Shown: positions 45,748 through 55,866 of the stretch, piece after piece
Layout of the letters: every line of letters begins with the position of its first letter
Numbering within the stretch: position 1 is the first letter of the stretch
Source: a bacterium
GTDB lineage: Bacteria; Electryoneota; JAOADG01
Direction of reading: 5' to 3'
NCBI GenBank assembly: GCA_963681965.1
Contig: OY820579.1
Location: 1,792,001 to 1,856,000 of the forward strand
DNA length: 64,000 bases
Notes under the pieces: model-generated
What the model was told of the DNA's origin: nothing
What the model saw: the letters and a program-made list of their open reading frames with translations, nothing else
Databases searched by the model: none
Made by a program: the position numbers and the translations under genes

Positions 45748-47019
45748 ATGGATAAATTCTTTACCATAGAAAATATTCACCAACGTATCATCGCGATCGT
45801 TTGGGTGGCGCTGGCATTTTTTCTGATGGCGCGTCTTGGTATGCTCTTTGCCTTTGAGAATACAAATGTTACGTGTATCTGGCCCCCTTCAGGTATTGCA
45901 CTCGCGGCATTTCTCCTCTTCGGACCGAAAATTTGGCCGGGGATTTTTATTGGCGAATTCATTGCCAATGCATCACTCTTCCATCAAAACGATGCCGGAG
46001 GGATTACTTCGGTTCTCCTAGTGTCGATCGCATTCGGGTGCGGTGACTCGTTATCGGCATTTATTAGTTATTATCTCATTACGCGTTTTATTCCATCTAA
46101 GCAGTTGATGGAGCGGGTAAAAAATGTATTTGTGTTTGCCGGAATTGCAATGATTGGAAGTCTAGTAGGCTCGATCGTTGGTGCTTCTTCGTTGACGATA
46201 TCTGGCATTTCTGATGTATCGAAATTTGGTTTCTTGATGGGGACATGGTGGATTGGCGATTCGACCGGAGTGATGGTATTTACTCCGTTTATTTTGACGC
46301 TGGTCAAAACCGATTGGAAATTGAATTGGCATAAAATCAGCGAAGGAGTCATCGTTTTTGTATCGCAAATCGTGCTGGGTTTGTTCATATTCGGAATGTG
46401 GCAAACGGGATATTCGATCAATGGTTTAGCGGCACTCATTATTCTTCCGATGATCTGGTCAGTCTTCCGATTGGGATTGGTTGAAACCATTTTTTCGATC
46501 ATTCTTACTGCTGGAGTTGCGGTCTGGGGCACTATACACGGAATTGGACCGTTTGTTGGAGCATCTCAGATTGAATCGCTTTCTCAATTAGTGATCTTTA
46601 TTCTGGTAATAGTATTTACTATTTATATCCTGTCGATTACCGTGTTGGACCGTGCCCGAATAACTGAACAATTTAAATCGGTCAACGATCACTTGGAACA
46701 AATTGTTGAGACACGAACATCGGCATTGGAACACACGAATTCCGAATTGACGAAAGAGGTGGAAGCGCGAAAGCAAGTGGAGCTGGATCTCGAGAAAACA
46801 ATCGAAAACCTGCAATCCGCGCTAGGAAATATTCGAACGCTCTCGGGATTGATTCCAATTTGTGCAAGCTGCAAGAAAATTCGAGACGACAAAGGGTATT
46901 GGAATAGTGTCGAGAAGTATGTTCATGAAAAAACTTCGGCAGAATTGACGCACAGTATCTGCCCGGAATGTATGGCAAGACTCTATCCCGAAGTCGGCAA
47001 AGGTAACACAAAAGCCTAA
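45748..47019 (+). CDS. MASE1 membrane sensor with coiled coil and C-terminal Cys/His Zn-binding domain
   Basis: IWPPSGIALA, WPGIFIG, WWIGDSTG (MASE1); LEQIVETRT coiled coil; IPICASCKKIRDDKGYW...THSICPEC. Confidence 0.88.
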   Translation: MDKFFTIENIHQRIIAIVWVALAFFLMARLGMLFAFENTNVTCIWPPSGIALAAFLLFGPKIWPGIFIGEFIANASLFHQNDAGGITSVLLVSIAFGCGDSLSAFISYYLITRFIPSKQLMERVKNVFVFAGIAMIGSLVGSIVGASSLTISGISDVSKFGFLMGTWWIGDSTGVMVFTPFILTLVKTDWKLNWHKISEGVIVFVSQIVLGLFIFGMWQTGYSINGLAALIILPMIWSVFRLGLVETIFSIILTAGVAVWGTIHGIGPFVGASQIESLSQLVIFILVIVFTIYILSITVLDRARITEQFKSVNDHLEQIVETRTSALEHTNSELTKEVEARKQVELDLEKTIENLQSALGNIRTLSGLIPICASCKKIRDDKGYWNSVEKYVHEKTSAELTHSICPECMARLYPEVGKGNTKA

Positions 47020-47050
47020 GCGTTCGTAAAATTTAAAAATTAATTGTGAA

Positions 47051-47083
47051 AAATCGGGGGCATCTCAATTGCTCCCGATTTGT
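47051..47083 (+). terminator. Terminator-like hairpin after the MASE1 gene
   Basis: AAATCGGGGGCA-TCTCAAT-TGCTCCCGATTT-GTT. Confidence 0.5.
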
Positions 47084-47094
47084 TAGAGAGGCGC

Positions 47095-48414
47095 TTGAAA
47101 ATTCTGCTCGTTTTACCTGCGGGAGAAAATTTCCGGGTGACCACAAAGGATACCCGCGTTCCTCGTCGGAAAATGCTTCGTTTCAGTATTTTACCCCTAA
47201 CTACTATTGCAGCATTGACACCATCTTGTCACGAAGTCGGGATTTGCGATGAAAATGTCGAACCGATTGATTTCGATGCTGATGTCGATTTAGTAGGAAT
47301 CACTTTCATGACGGCGGTAGCCCCGCGAGCCTATCAGATTGCCGCCGAATTCCGGAAACGCGGGAAGATTGTAGTTGCTGGTGGCTATCATACTACTTTA
47401 TGTCCGGACGATGTTGAACCGCATTTCGATTCTCTAGTAATCGGTGAAGCTGAGATACAGTGGCAACAACTGCTTCAAGACGTTGAAGCAAAAAGATTGC
47501 AAAAAAAGTATGTGGCTACACATCCATGCGATCCGGCATTAATTCCAACCCCCCGCCGCGATTTAACGACTCGTAACAAGCATCATTACGTTACGATCAA
47601 TGCCGTTCACACAGGTCGAGGTTGTTTCAATGCCTGCAATTTCTGTTCGATTACGGCTTTCTTCAATCACAATCACCGAAATCGACCACTAGACCATGTT
47701 TTGAATGAATTAAAAGAGTTACCAAAATCGATCTTATTTATCGACGACAACATTATTGCCAATCGCGACTATGCTCGAAAAATGTTCGAGGAAATGATTC
47801 CGCTTCGCAAAAAATGGGTGAGTCAATGCACGATCGATATCGCCGACGATCCCGATTTACTCATTTTGGCAAAGAAATCAGGCTGCATCGGTCTCTTCAT
47901 CGGGATCGAATCGATCCAATCAGGAAATCTAGCAACTTTCAATAAGAAGTTTAATCAGTCTGAATCCTACCCAAAGCGTCTTAAAATAATTCGGAACGCT
48001 GGAATCGCGATATTAGGCTCGCTAATTGTCGGAGGCGACAGTGATGATCCGAGCATATTTGCCGATACCTTGAAGTTTCTCCAACAAAATCGGACGATTG
48101 CGCTGCAATTAAACATTTTAACACCACTTCCGGGTACTCCACTGTTTGAGAAGATGGAGCGAGAAGGACGGATCATCGATCGTGATTGGACGAAATACGA
48201 TTACCGCAATGTGATCTTTCAGCCTGCTAAAATGACACCATCCCAGCTTCAACAGGGAGCAGACTGGTTATACCGCCAATATTACCGGTTGGATCGCATT
48301 TTTCTACATTCTTTATATACATTGTTTAAGTATGGTTTATTCAATGCGATACTAACTTGGCGCTTGAATTTTACTTATCGCTACGACAATCAACAAGAGG
48401 ATCGTAATCGGTAG
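47095..48414 (+). CDS. B12-binding-domain radical SAM protein
   Basis: DLVGIT, VVAGGYH, IGEAE, GRGCFNACNFC (CxxxCxxC), FIDDNI, GIES, TPLPGTPLF. TTG start after GAGAGG. Confidence 0.92.
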   Translation: MKILLVLPAGENFRVTTKDTRVPRRKMLRFSILPLTTIAALTPSCHEVGICDENVEPIDFDADVDLVGITFMTAVAPRAYQIAAEFRKRGKIVVAGGYHTTLCPDDVEPHFDSLVIGEAEIQWQQLLQDVEAKRLQKKYVATHPCDPALIPTPRRDLTTRNKHHYVTINAVHTGRGCFNACNFCSITAFFNHNHRNRPLDHVLNELKELPKSILFIDDNIIANRDYARKMFEEMIPLRKKWVSQCTIDIADDPDLLILAKKSGCIGLFIGIESIQSGNLATFNKKFNQSESYPKRLKIIRNAGIAILGSLIVGGDSDDPSIFADTLKFLQQNRTIALQLNILTPLPGTPLFEKMEREGRIIDRDWTKYDYRNVIFQPAKMTPSQLQQGADWLYRQYYRLDRIFLHSLYTLFKYGLFNAILTWRLNFTYRYDNQQEDRNR

Positions 48415-48602
48415 AACAATTTTCTCCATGTAAATATTTAAAAATCTACACTTGGCTTCTCCTCCATAGAGGGAAATTCGCTTTATTTATCCCCATTTGT
48501 TATATTAACTAGGCTACATTGACCGGTTGTAACCCCTTTTTTCCGCAAATATCACCGGCTCTTCTTCTTGTACTCCAATGGATTTCAAACGGGATTATTC
48601 CG

Positions 48603-49205
48603 ATGCCGCAACGAATCACATCGCCTGCACTCGAAGAAGCAGTGAAACGACTTGCTAAAATGCCGGGTATTGGAAAAAAAGCGGCAATGCGGATGGCGGT
48701 TTATCTGCTAGAAACTGCACCGGAAGAAGTCGATGCGTTGGCTGAGGCGATCCGGAACGTTAAACGCAGCATTGGCGTTTGCTCGATATGCGGTAATTGG
48801 ACGGAAGTCGATCCGTGTGTAATCTGCGAATCGCCACTACGGGATCGCTCGACGATCTGCGTTGTAGAGACACCGGCAGATGTGTTGGCTGTAGAAAACA
48901 GCGGGTTTCGCGGGCTGTATCATGTATTGGGCGGTGCGTTATCGCCGCTGGATGAGATTGGTCCGGAACAGTTGCGGTTCCGCGAATTGGTAGCTCGGTT
49001 GCGTCAGGGTCAGGTCCAGGAAATAATCGCAGCGACCAACCCGACAGCAGAAGGCGATGCCACTGCAATGTATTTATCGCGATTGTTGGAACCGTTGCAA
49101 ATTAAGGTTTCGCGAATCGGTTTTGGAATCCCAATCGGCGCTGATGTTCGATTGGCTGACGAAGAAACATTATCGCACTCTATGAAGTCTAGACGCGCTT
49201 TATAA
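48603..49205 (+). CDS. recR: Recombination mediator RecR
   Basis: MPGIGKKAA, CSICGN...CVIC Zn finger, YHVLGG, ATNPTAEGDATA. Start re-called. Confidence 0.97.
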   Translation: MPQRITSPALEEAVKRLAKMPGIGKKAAMRMAVYLLETAPEEVDALAEAIRNVKRSIGVCSICGNWTEVDPCVICESPLRDRSTICVVETPADVLAVENSGFRGLYHVLGGALSPLDEIGPEQLRFRELVARLRQGQVQEIIAATNPTAEGDATAMYLSRLLEPLQIKVSRIGFGIPIGADVRLADEETLSHSMKSRRAL

Positions 49206-49217
49206 CGTAGATAACCA

Positions 49218-49718
49218 ATGGAGTCTTTAATGCACAAACAGCGTAGTTTATTCGTCGCGATCGCGATTGTGCTAATTGTATCGATTGCTTTAGCTGATCT
49301 ACCGGAATGTACACGGATATTGTCGGAACCGGTAAAAGCAGCATTCCAAAATAAATTTCCGTTAGCGATGGTGACTAAATGCGATACTAAAACCGATCAA
49401 AACAGTACGACGTATACGATCAGTTTTACGCAAGATACCACCAAATACGAAGCAACCTACGATGCCGGTGGCAAAGGCATCAAGCTAATTAAGGAAATTC
49501 GAAATTCGAAGGAACTGGCAGCAAAAGCGCCGTTATTGCTCTTATTTGAAGTAGTAGCCAATTTGTATAATGATTTTCCGGATATTTATCTACATCAGTC
49601 GGAAAACTTGTCGAAGCTCAATACAAGCGAAATGACAATTAAAATTCCGGAGAATAATATTGATGCCGTGGTCAATTTCGATTCAACTACTGGCATTACT
49701 CATATTCACATGAAGTAA
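49218..49718 (+). CDS. Exported PepSY-like (BLIP-like) domain protein
   Basis: Signal peptide, PVKAAFQNKFP...YTISF...YEATYDAGGK. Confidence 0.55.
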   Translation: MESLMHKQRSLFVAIAIVLIVSIALADLPECTRILSEPVKAAFQNKFPLAMVTKCDTKTDQNSTTYTISFTQDTTKYEATYDAGGKGIKLIKEIRNSKELAAKAPLLLLFEVVANLYNDFPDIYLHQSENLSKLNTSEMTIKIPENNIDAVVNFDSTTGITHIHMK

Positions 49719-49870
49719 ATTCGATTCGACAAATCAAGCGAATCGTATCAGATTTTATTACAACCAGACGATTTACGTCTACTCGAAGCGATGGAATGGT
49801 GTGCCGAGCAGTGCACCGTACAGGTGTTAGCCATCTTCCAGCGCATTTGCTAACTCAGGAGTAATTTCTT

Positions 49871-52800
49871 ATGGCGAAAAAATTCACAACCATCGATGGA
49901 AACGAAGCAGCAGCTTATGTTGCATTCCGAACCAACGAAATTTGCTCGATCTATCCGATTACCCCCTCCTCCAATATGGGCGAATGGGCGGATCAGTGGG
50001 CAGCTTACGGCAAGAAAAATATTTGGGGTACGGTTCCGACCGTTGCCGAGATGCAATCCGAAGGTGGTGCATCCGGCGCAATTCACGGCGCGCTCCAGAC
50101 CGGTGCACTGGCAACCACTTTTACTGCCAGCCAGGGTCTCTTGCTGATGATACCGAATATGTTCAAGATCGCCGGCGAATTGACGAGCACCGTTTTCCAC
50201 GTCAGTGCCCGTGCCGTTGCGACTCAAGCCTTATCGATCTTCGGCGACCACAGCGATATTAACGCTTGCCGAACTACCGGTTGGGGTATGCTCGCTTCCG
50301 CTTCGGTGCAGGAAGTAATGGACTTCGCATTGATCTCGCAAGTTGCGACCCTCAAAGCACGAATTCCCTTCATTCATTTCTTCGATGGCTTCCGAACCAG
50401 TCACGAAGTAAATAAAATCGAAGTTATTCCCGACGAAGTAATGCTCTCGATGATGGATCCGGAATTGATTCGCGCGCATCGCAATCGCGCTCTTTCTCCC
50501 GACCGTCCAGTGCTGCGTGGCTCGGCTCAGAATCCCGATGTGTACTTCCAAGGTCGCGAAACGGTCAATCCGTTTTATACCGCATGTCCAGGAATTGTAC
50601 AAGAAGTAATGGATGACTTTGCCAAGAAGACCGGTCGCCAGTACAAATTGTATGAATATGTCGGAGATCCCGAAGCAGAAACTGTAATCATCTTAATGGC
50701 AAGCGGTTGCGAAACTGCACACGAAACTGTCGATTATCTGACGAAAAAAGGCGAAAAAGTTGGCGTTTTGAAAGTTCGACTCTATCGCCCATTCTCGATG
50801 AAAGATTTCATTACGGCATTACCGAAGACCGTCAAGACGATCGGTGTTCTCGATCGGACGAAGGAACCCGGAAACGCCGGCGAACCGCTTTATCAGGATT
50901 CAATTACTGCCGTATTCGAAAACGCTCACAACGGTTGGCAGCACTTCAGCGCGATGCCGCGAGTGATTGGTGGTCGATACGGTCTTGCCAGCAAAGAATT
51001 CACACCGGCAATGATAAAAGCAGTTTTCGATAATTTGAAACTCCCGAATCCGAAGAATTCCTTCACAGTCGGTATTGTCGACGATGTTACGCATACTTCA
51101 CTTGATTACGATCCCGAATTCTCCACCGAAGGCGAAAAAGTCATTCGCGGCGTATTCTTCGGTCTTGGTGCCGACGGCACGGTCAGTGCGAACAAGAATT
51201 CGATCAAGATTATCGGTGAAGAAACCGACAACTCAGCACAAGGTTATTTTGTCTACGACTCGAAGAAATCCGGATCGATCACGACCAGTCACCTTCGGTT
51301 TGGTCCCGACAAGATTCGCAGTACCTATCTGATCAGTAAAGCCGATTTCGTAGGATGCCACCAGACGGTGTTCCTCGAGACTTACGATATCATGAAGGTC
51401 TGCAAGCCAGGTGCCGTCTTCCTTCTCAATACACAAGTATCGAAAGAAGAAGTTTGGGACTCGCTACCACGTGCCGTGCAAGAAGGAATGATCAAGGCGC
51501 AGGTTAAATTCTATGTCATCGATGCCTATAAAGTCGCACGCGAAGCCGGTCTTGGTGGTCGTATCAATACGATTATGCAAACCTGTTTCTTTGCCATCTC
51601 CGGTATTCTTCCCCGTGAAGAAGCGATTCAGCGCATCAAGGATATGATCAAGAAGACTTGGGCTGCTCGTGGCGATAAGATTGTTCAAATGAATTTCACC
51701 GCTGTCGACAAGACCTTGGAAAATTTATTCGCCGTCGAATTACCGAAGACTGTTACTTCCAAGATCGCACAGCGCCCTGCAATTGCACCGGGTGCACCGA
51801 AGTATGTCGAAGAAGTGACTTCGTTAATGGTGCTGAATCGTGGCGACGAAGTAACTGTCGGGCAAATGCCAGTCGACGGTACTTTCATGACCGCGACTGC
51901 ACAGTGGGAAAAACGCAATATTGCACTCGAAGTTCCAGTATGGGATGCCGAAATTTGTATTCAGTGCGGTAAGTGCGTATTAGTTTGCCCGCATGCCACC
52001 ATCCGCCAGAAAGTATTCGATCCGGCGTTACTAAAGAATGCACCGGAAACTTTCAAAGCTGTCGATTTCAAGGGTGCAGAATACAAGGGTATGAAGTATT
52101 CGCTCCAAGTCGCAGTCGAAGATTGTACTGGTTGCGAATTGTGTGTTTCCTATTGCCCGGTCAAGAGCAAATCCAATGCCTCGCTCAAGGCAATTAATAT
52201 GGCTCCGCAACTTCCGTTGCGCGAACCGGAACGTGCCAACTGGAATTTCTTCCTCACGATACCCGAAGCCGACCGTCGTACTGCCAAGATCGATTCGATC
52301 AAAGGCAGCCAGTTCCTGCGTCCATTATTCGAGTTCAGTGGTGCTTGCGGTGGTTGTGGTGAAACTCCCTATTACAAACTATTAACGCAACTCTTCGGTG
52401 ATCGAGCCGTTATCGCTAATGCAACCGGTTGCTCTTCGATTTACGGTGGTAACTTACCGACCACACCGTTTGCGGTGGACGAAAATGGTCGCGGTCCGGC
52501 ATGGTCGAACAGCTTATTCGAAGACAATGCCGAATTCGGCTTCGGTTTCCGACTAACGTTCGACAAATTGCGCGATATCGCAATGGAAAGTCTCCCGAAA
52601 TTTGCGCCGCAATTGGGCGACGATTTCGTGAATGCGCTTTTGAATGCCGATCAGAAGACTGAAACCGGTATTTACGATCAGCGTGCACGAGTTGCCGAAC
52701 TTAAGAAGAAATTAGCTACTATTTCCGGTAACGACGCATTGAATTTGGCGACGATCGCCGATAACCTAGTCAAGCGTTCTGTCTGGATCGTCGGTGGTGA

Positions 52801-53443
52801 CGGTTGGGCGTACGACATCGGGTACGGCGGATTGGATCACGTACTCGCCAGCGATCGCAACATCAATGTCCTGGTACTCGATACCGAAGTTTATTCCAAT
52901 ACCGGTGGTCAGTGCTCGAAAGCTACGCCATACGGCGCAGTTGCGAAATTCGCGGCTGGTGGCAAGCCGATCGGTAAGAAGGATCTCGGACTGATTTCTA
53001 TGGCGTACGGTCATATCTACGTTGCGCAAGTTGCGATGGGTGCCAACGACTTACAATCGATTCGTGCCTTTATTGAAGCCGATGCATACGATGGTCCGTC
53101 GATCATCATAGCTTACTCGCATTGTATCGCGCACGGTATCGATATGGCAAAGGGAATGGAACATCAGGATAAAGCCGTCAATTCCGGCAGCTTCCCGATC
53201 TACCGTTACAACCCGATGCTGGCGATGGAAGGCAAGAATCCACTCAAGCTCGATTATAAGCAACCGAAGATTAAATCGGTCGACTACATGTACGGTCAGA
53301 CCCGGTTCAATATGCTTACAAAGAGCCACCCGGAAGAAGCCAAACGTCTGTTGAAACTGGCACAGGAACATGCCGATGCCAAGTGGCATTATCTTGAGCA
53401 GATGGCAAATCTTGATTATTCAATAACGCCGGAATCGAACTAA
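49871..53443 (+). CDS. nifJ: Pyruvate:ferredoxin (flavodoxin) oxidoreductase, homodimeric
   Basis: IYPITPSS, EMQSEGGA, two 4Fe-4S motifs (CIQCGKC, CTGCELC), SGACGGCGETPY, GGDGWAYDIG. Confidence 0.98.
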   Translation: MAKKFTTIDGNEAAAYVAFRTNEICSIYPITPSSNMGEWADQWAAYGKKNIWGTVPTVAEMQSEGGASGAIHGALQTGALATTFTASQGLLLMIPNMFKIAGELTSTVFHVSARAVATQALSIFGDHSDINACRTTGWGMLASASVQEVMDFALISQVATLKARIPFIHFFDGFRTSHEVNKIEVIPDEVMLSMMDPELIRAHRNRALSPDRPVLRGSAQNPDVYFQGRETVNPFYTACPGIVQEVMDDFAKKTGRQYKLYEYVGDPEAETVIILMASGCETAHETVDYLTKKGEKVGVLKVRLYRPFSMKDFITALPKTVKTIGVLDRTKEPGNAGEPLYQDSITAVFENAHNGWQHFSAMPRVIGGRYGLASKEFTPAMIKAVFDNLKLPNPKNSFTVGIVDDVTHTSLDYDPEFSTEGEKVIRGVFFGLGADGTVSANKNSIKIIGEETDNSAQGYFVYDSKKSGSITTSHLRFGPDKIRSTYLISKADFVGCHQTVFLETYDIMKVCKPGAVFLLNTQVSKEEVWDSLPRAVQEGMIKAQVKFYVIDAYKVAREAGLGGRINTIMQTCFFAISGILPREEAIQRIKDMIKKTWAARGDKIVQMNFTAVDKTLENLFAVELPKTVTSKIAQRPAIAPGAPKYVEEVTSLMVLNRGDEVTVGQMPVDGTFMTATAQWEKRNIALEVPVWDAEICIQCGKCVLVCPHATIRQKVFDPALLKNAPETFKAVDFKGAEYKGMKYSLQVAVEDCTGCELCVSYCPVKSKSNASLKAINMAPQLPLREPERANWNFFLTIPEADRRTAKIDSIKGSQFLRPLFEFSGACGGCGETPYYKLLTQLFGDRAVIANATGCSSIYGGNLPTTPFAVDENGRGPAWSNSLFEDNAEFGFGFRLTFDKLRDIAMESLPKFAPQLGDDFVNALLNADQKTETGIYDQRARVAELKKKLATISGNDALNLATIADNLVKRSVWIVGGDGWAYDIGYGGLDHVLASDRNINVLVLDTEVYSNTGGQCSKATPYGAVAKFAAGGKPIGKKDLGLISMAYGHIYVAQVAMGANDLQSIRAFIEADAYDGPSIIIAYSHCIAHGIDMAKGMEHQDKAVNSGSFPIYRYNPMLAMEGKNPLKLDYKQPKIKSVDYMYGQTRFNMLTKSHPEEAKRLLKLAQEHADAKWHYLEQMANLDYSITPESN

Positions 53444-53470
53444 CACCGGGACTAATACGAGGAATATCCG

Positions 53471-54466
53471 ATGAATCTCAGAACGACTTATCTTGGATTG
53501 AAGCTCGATCACCCGTTGATTGTCGGGGCTTGTCCGCTTACATCAAATGTCGACGATATTCGTCGACTCGAAGAAAACGGCGCTGCGGCAGTTGTATTGC
53601 CCAGCATCTTTGAAGAACAATTAACTCAGGAAGCCGAAAGTCTGCAATTCCATACCAGTGCAGTGTCGGAATCGTCGGCGGAAGCAATGAGTTATTTTCC
53701 CGAACCCGAAAACTATATTGTCGGACCGGATGAATACCTCAAGTTAATTCGCGCTGCAAAGGCTGCTGTGAAGATTCCCGTCATCGCTTCACTGAATGGT
53801 TACACTGAATCGGGTTGGGTTTCTTATGCCAAGCAGATTGAAGAAGCCGGTGCCGATGCGATTGAGTTGAATATTTACTACTTGGAGACCGATCCCAACG
53901 TCACTGGCGCCGAGATCGAGAAGCACTATATCGATGTGCTCAAGGCAGTCAAGAAAGCAACTAAATTGCCGATCGCAGTCAAGTTAATGCCATTCTTCAG
54001 CAGTCCGGCAGGCATTGCAAAAGCAATGGCTATGGCGGGAGCGGATGGATTGGTGTTGTTCAATCGGTTTTACCAGCCGGATTTCGATCTCGATAAACTG
54101 GAAGTCTTTCCACATCTTCAACTCTCGTCGAGTTCGGAGATTCGACTGGCGCTTCGCTGGATCGCAATTCTGTATGGCAAAATTGGTGCTAATTTGGCTG
54201 CTACCGGTGGCTGCCATACCGCGGTCGATGCAGTAAAGTTGATGATGGCAGGCGCCGATGTGGTACAGATCTCAAGTGCGTTGTTACTGCACGGTCCAAA
54301 ACACATCAAGGCATTGTTGGAAGATATCGAGCAGTGGATGGTAGCCCATGAGTATGATTCGCTAGTTCAAATGAAAGGATCGATGAGCCTGAAGAATGTC
54401 GCCGATCCCTCCGCATTCGAACGTGCGAATTATATGAAGACGCTGCAATCGTATAGCAAGCACTAA
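53471..54466 (+). CDS. Dihydroorotate dehydrogenase-like FMN protein (non-canonical)
   Basis: YLGLKL, LPSIFEEQ, PVIASLNG, ELNIYY, LVLFNRFYQPD, ATGG, FERANY. Confidence 0.92.
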   Translation: MNLRTTYLGLKLDHPLIVGACPLTSNVDDIRRLEENGAAAVVLPSIFEEQLTQEAESLQFHTSAVSESSAEAMSYFPEPENYIVGPDEYLKLIRAAKAAVKIPVIASLNGYTESGWVSYAKQIEEAGADAIELNIYYLETDPNVTGAEIEKHYIDVLKAVKKATKLPIAVKLMPFFSSPAGIAKAMAMAGADGLVLFNRFYQPDFDLDKLEVFPHLQLSSSSEIRLALRWIAILYGKIGANLAATGGCHTAVDAVKLMMAGADVVQISSALLLHGPKHIKALLEDIEQWMVAHEYDSLVQMKGSMSLKNVADPSAFERANYMKTLQSYSKH

Positions 54467-54491
54467 TCGCAGTTTACTTCGATTGAAACTC

Positions 54492-54530
54492 ACAGGCGGA
54501 TGCATAAGCGTCCGCCTGTTTATTTTATTT
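54492..54530 (+). terminator. Rho-independent terminator of the nifJ operon
   Basis: ACAGGCGGATGC-ATAA-GCGTCCGCCTGT-TTATTTTATTT. Confidence 0.85.
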
Positions 54531-54605
54531 GAATGTTGATAACATAAATTAAGAATCGCGAGCAATAGGTTTGTTCACTTACAGACGGAGCTGTATCTTT
54601 TCTCC

Positions 54606-55793
54606 ATGAAAACGGAAATCGTCGTTGTCGGTGCCGGTCCTGCCGGAAGCATTTGTGCAGGTATTCTGAGCCAACTCGGTCACGAGGTGATCCTGCTTGA
54701 TCGCGCAGAATTTCCCCGCGACAAAGGGTGTGGCGACGGTGTCAGTCCGATGGGCATCCAAATTATCGACGAACTTGGTTTGCTTCCCGAATTTGAGCAG
54801 TTGCAATTCACCCCGATCGGGTCTTGCCGACTGACTTACGATTTTTCCTTCTCGGTAGATTTCCGCGGTAAATTCAATTATCTCGGATATATTGCGCCAC
54901 GAAAACAATTTGATGAATTCCTCTTCAATTACGCCATTCGTTCCGGTGCGCGATATATCTGCGCCGACGTGAACAATCTAATTAAAACAGATGACCGTAT
55001 TCACGGCGTGGAAATATATCACAATCAACAAGCGGAGACGATCGAAGCAAAATTTGTTGTGATCGCAAATGGCAGTAACTCGACACTTGCACGCAGCTTG
55101 AATGAAAAACGCCCGCTTCCGATTGCGTATGCGCTGCGCGCTTATATTGAGAACTTGACTACCGATCCCCACTGCGTCGAGATGTTTTACGACAAGCGAA
55201 TTCCCCGGGGGTATGCATGGTTATTTCCAGTGAATGATCATATCGCGAATATCGGAATAGGCGCTTTGATCGAGCACAATCGCTCCACTTCGATTAACGT
55301 GAAAGCGATCTTCAACGATTTTGTGAAACTGTGTATCGCACGATCCCCGATACCGGAGGCAGTTACTGTCGGACCGGTGAAAGGGGGAATGCTCAATCTC
55401 GGTTTTCAGAAAGATTATAAACGCGTGTTTGATGGTGCATTGATCGCAGGCGATGCCGGAAGACTGGTCAGTCCGCTGTTCGGATCCGGAATAACTAGCG
55501 CGATGCTCTCGGGTCGCTATGCTGCCGAGACAATCCATGATGTCGTAAATCGGAGCGCCACTTCTTTCGACGACCTCTTTCAATACGAAGTTCGACTTCG
55601 GAAAGCACTCCAACGCGAACATCGCTTTGCCAAGATCATACGGGATATTCTCCTGTTCCGTCCGACACAGAAAATTATCTTTAAATCGACATATCTTGCC
55701 AAATTCAGTATCGAATTGGCGAAACGGATTCATCCCGATATCGTCGATATTGAGATCGATCCGGTGAAACTACATGTATCTCCAAAATCATGA
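54606..55793 (+). CDS. Geranylgeranyl reductase-family FAD oxidoreductase
   Basis: VVGAGPAGS, FPRDKGCGDG, RKQFD, GYAWLFP, ANIGIG, IAGDAG...PLFGSGI. Confidence 0.9.
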   Translation: MKTEIVVVGAGPAGSICAGILSQLGHEVILLDRAEFPRDKGCGDGVSPMGIQIIDELGLLPEFEQLQFTPIGSCRLTYDFSFSVDFRGKFNYLGYIAPRKQFDEFLFNYAIRSGARYICADVNNLIKTDDRIHGVEIYHNQQAETIEAKFVVIANGSNSTLARSLNEKRPLPIAYALRAYIENLTTDPHCVEMFYDKRIPRGYAWLFPVNDHIANIGIGALIEHNRSTSINVKAIFNDFVKLCIARSPIPEAVTVGPVKGGMLNLGFQKDYKRVFDGALIAGDAGRLVSPLFGSGITSAMLSGRYAAETIHDVVNRSATSFDDLFQYEVRLRKALQREHRFAKIIRDILLFRPTQKIIFKSTYLAKFSIELAKRIHPDIVDIEIDPVKLHVSPKS

Positions 55794-55794
55794 G

Positions 55795-55823
55795 TTGATT
55801 TGTTTCGACGATATTGCTACACT
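55795..55823 (+). promoter_or_regulatory. Sigma-70-type promoter (extended -10)
   Basis: TTGATT, 17 nt, TACACT preceded by TGC. Confidence 0.45.
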
Positions 55824-55866
55824 TCAAATTCAGATATTGCTTTCAATCTAACTTAGGTGAATTGAT

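Noticed and set aside
47020-48602. RiPP cluster around the B12 radical SAM gene
   Set aside because: No credible precursor peptide, peptidase, RRE or exporter is adjacent.
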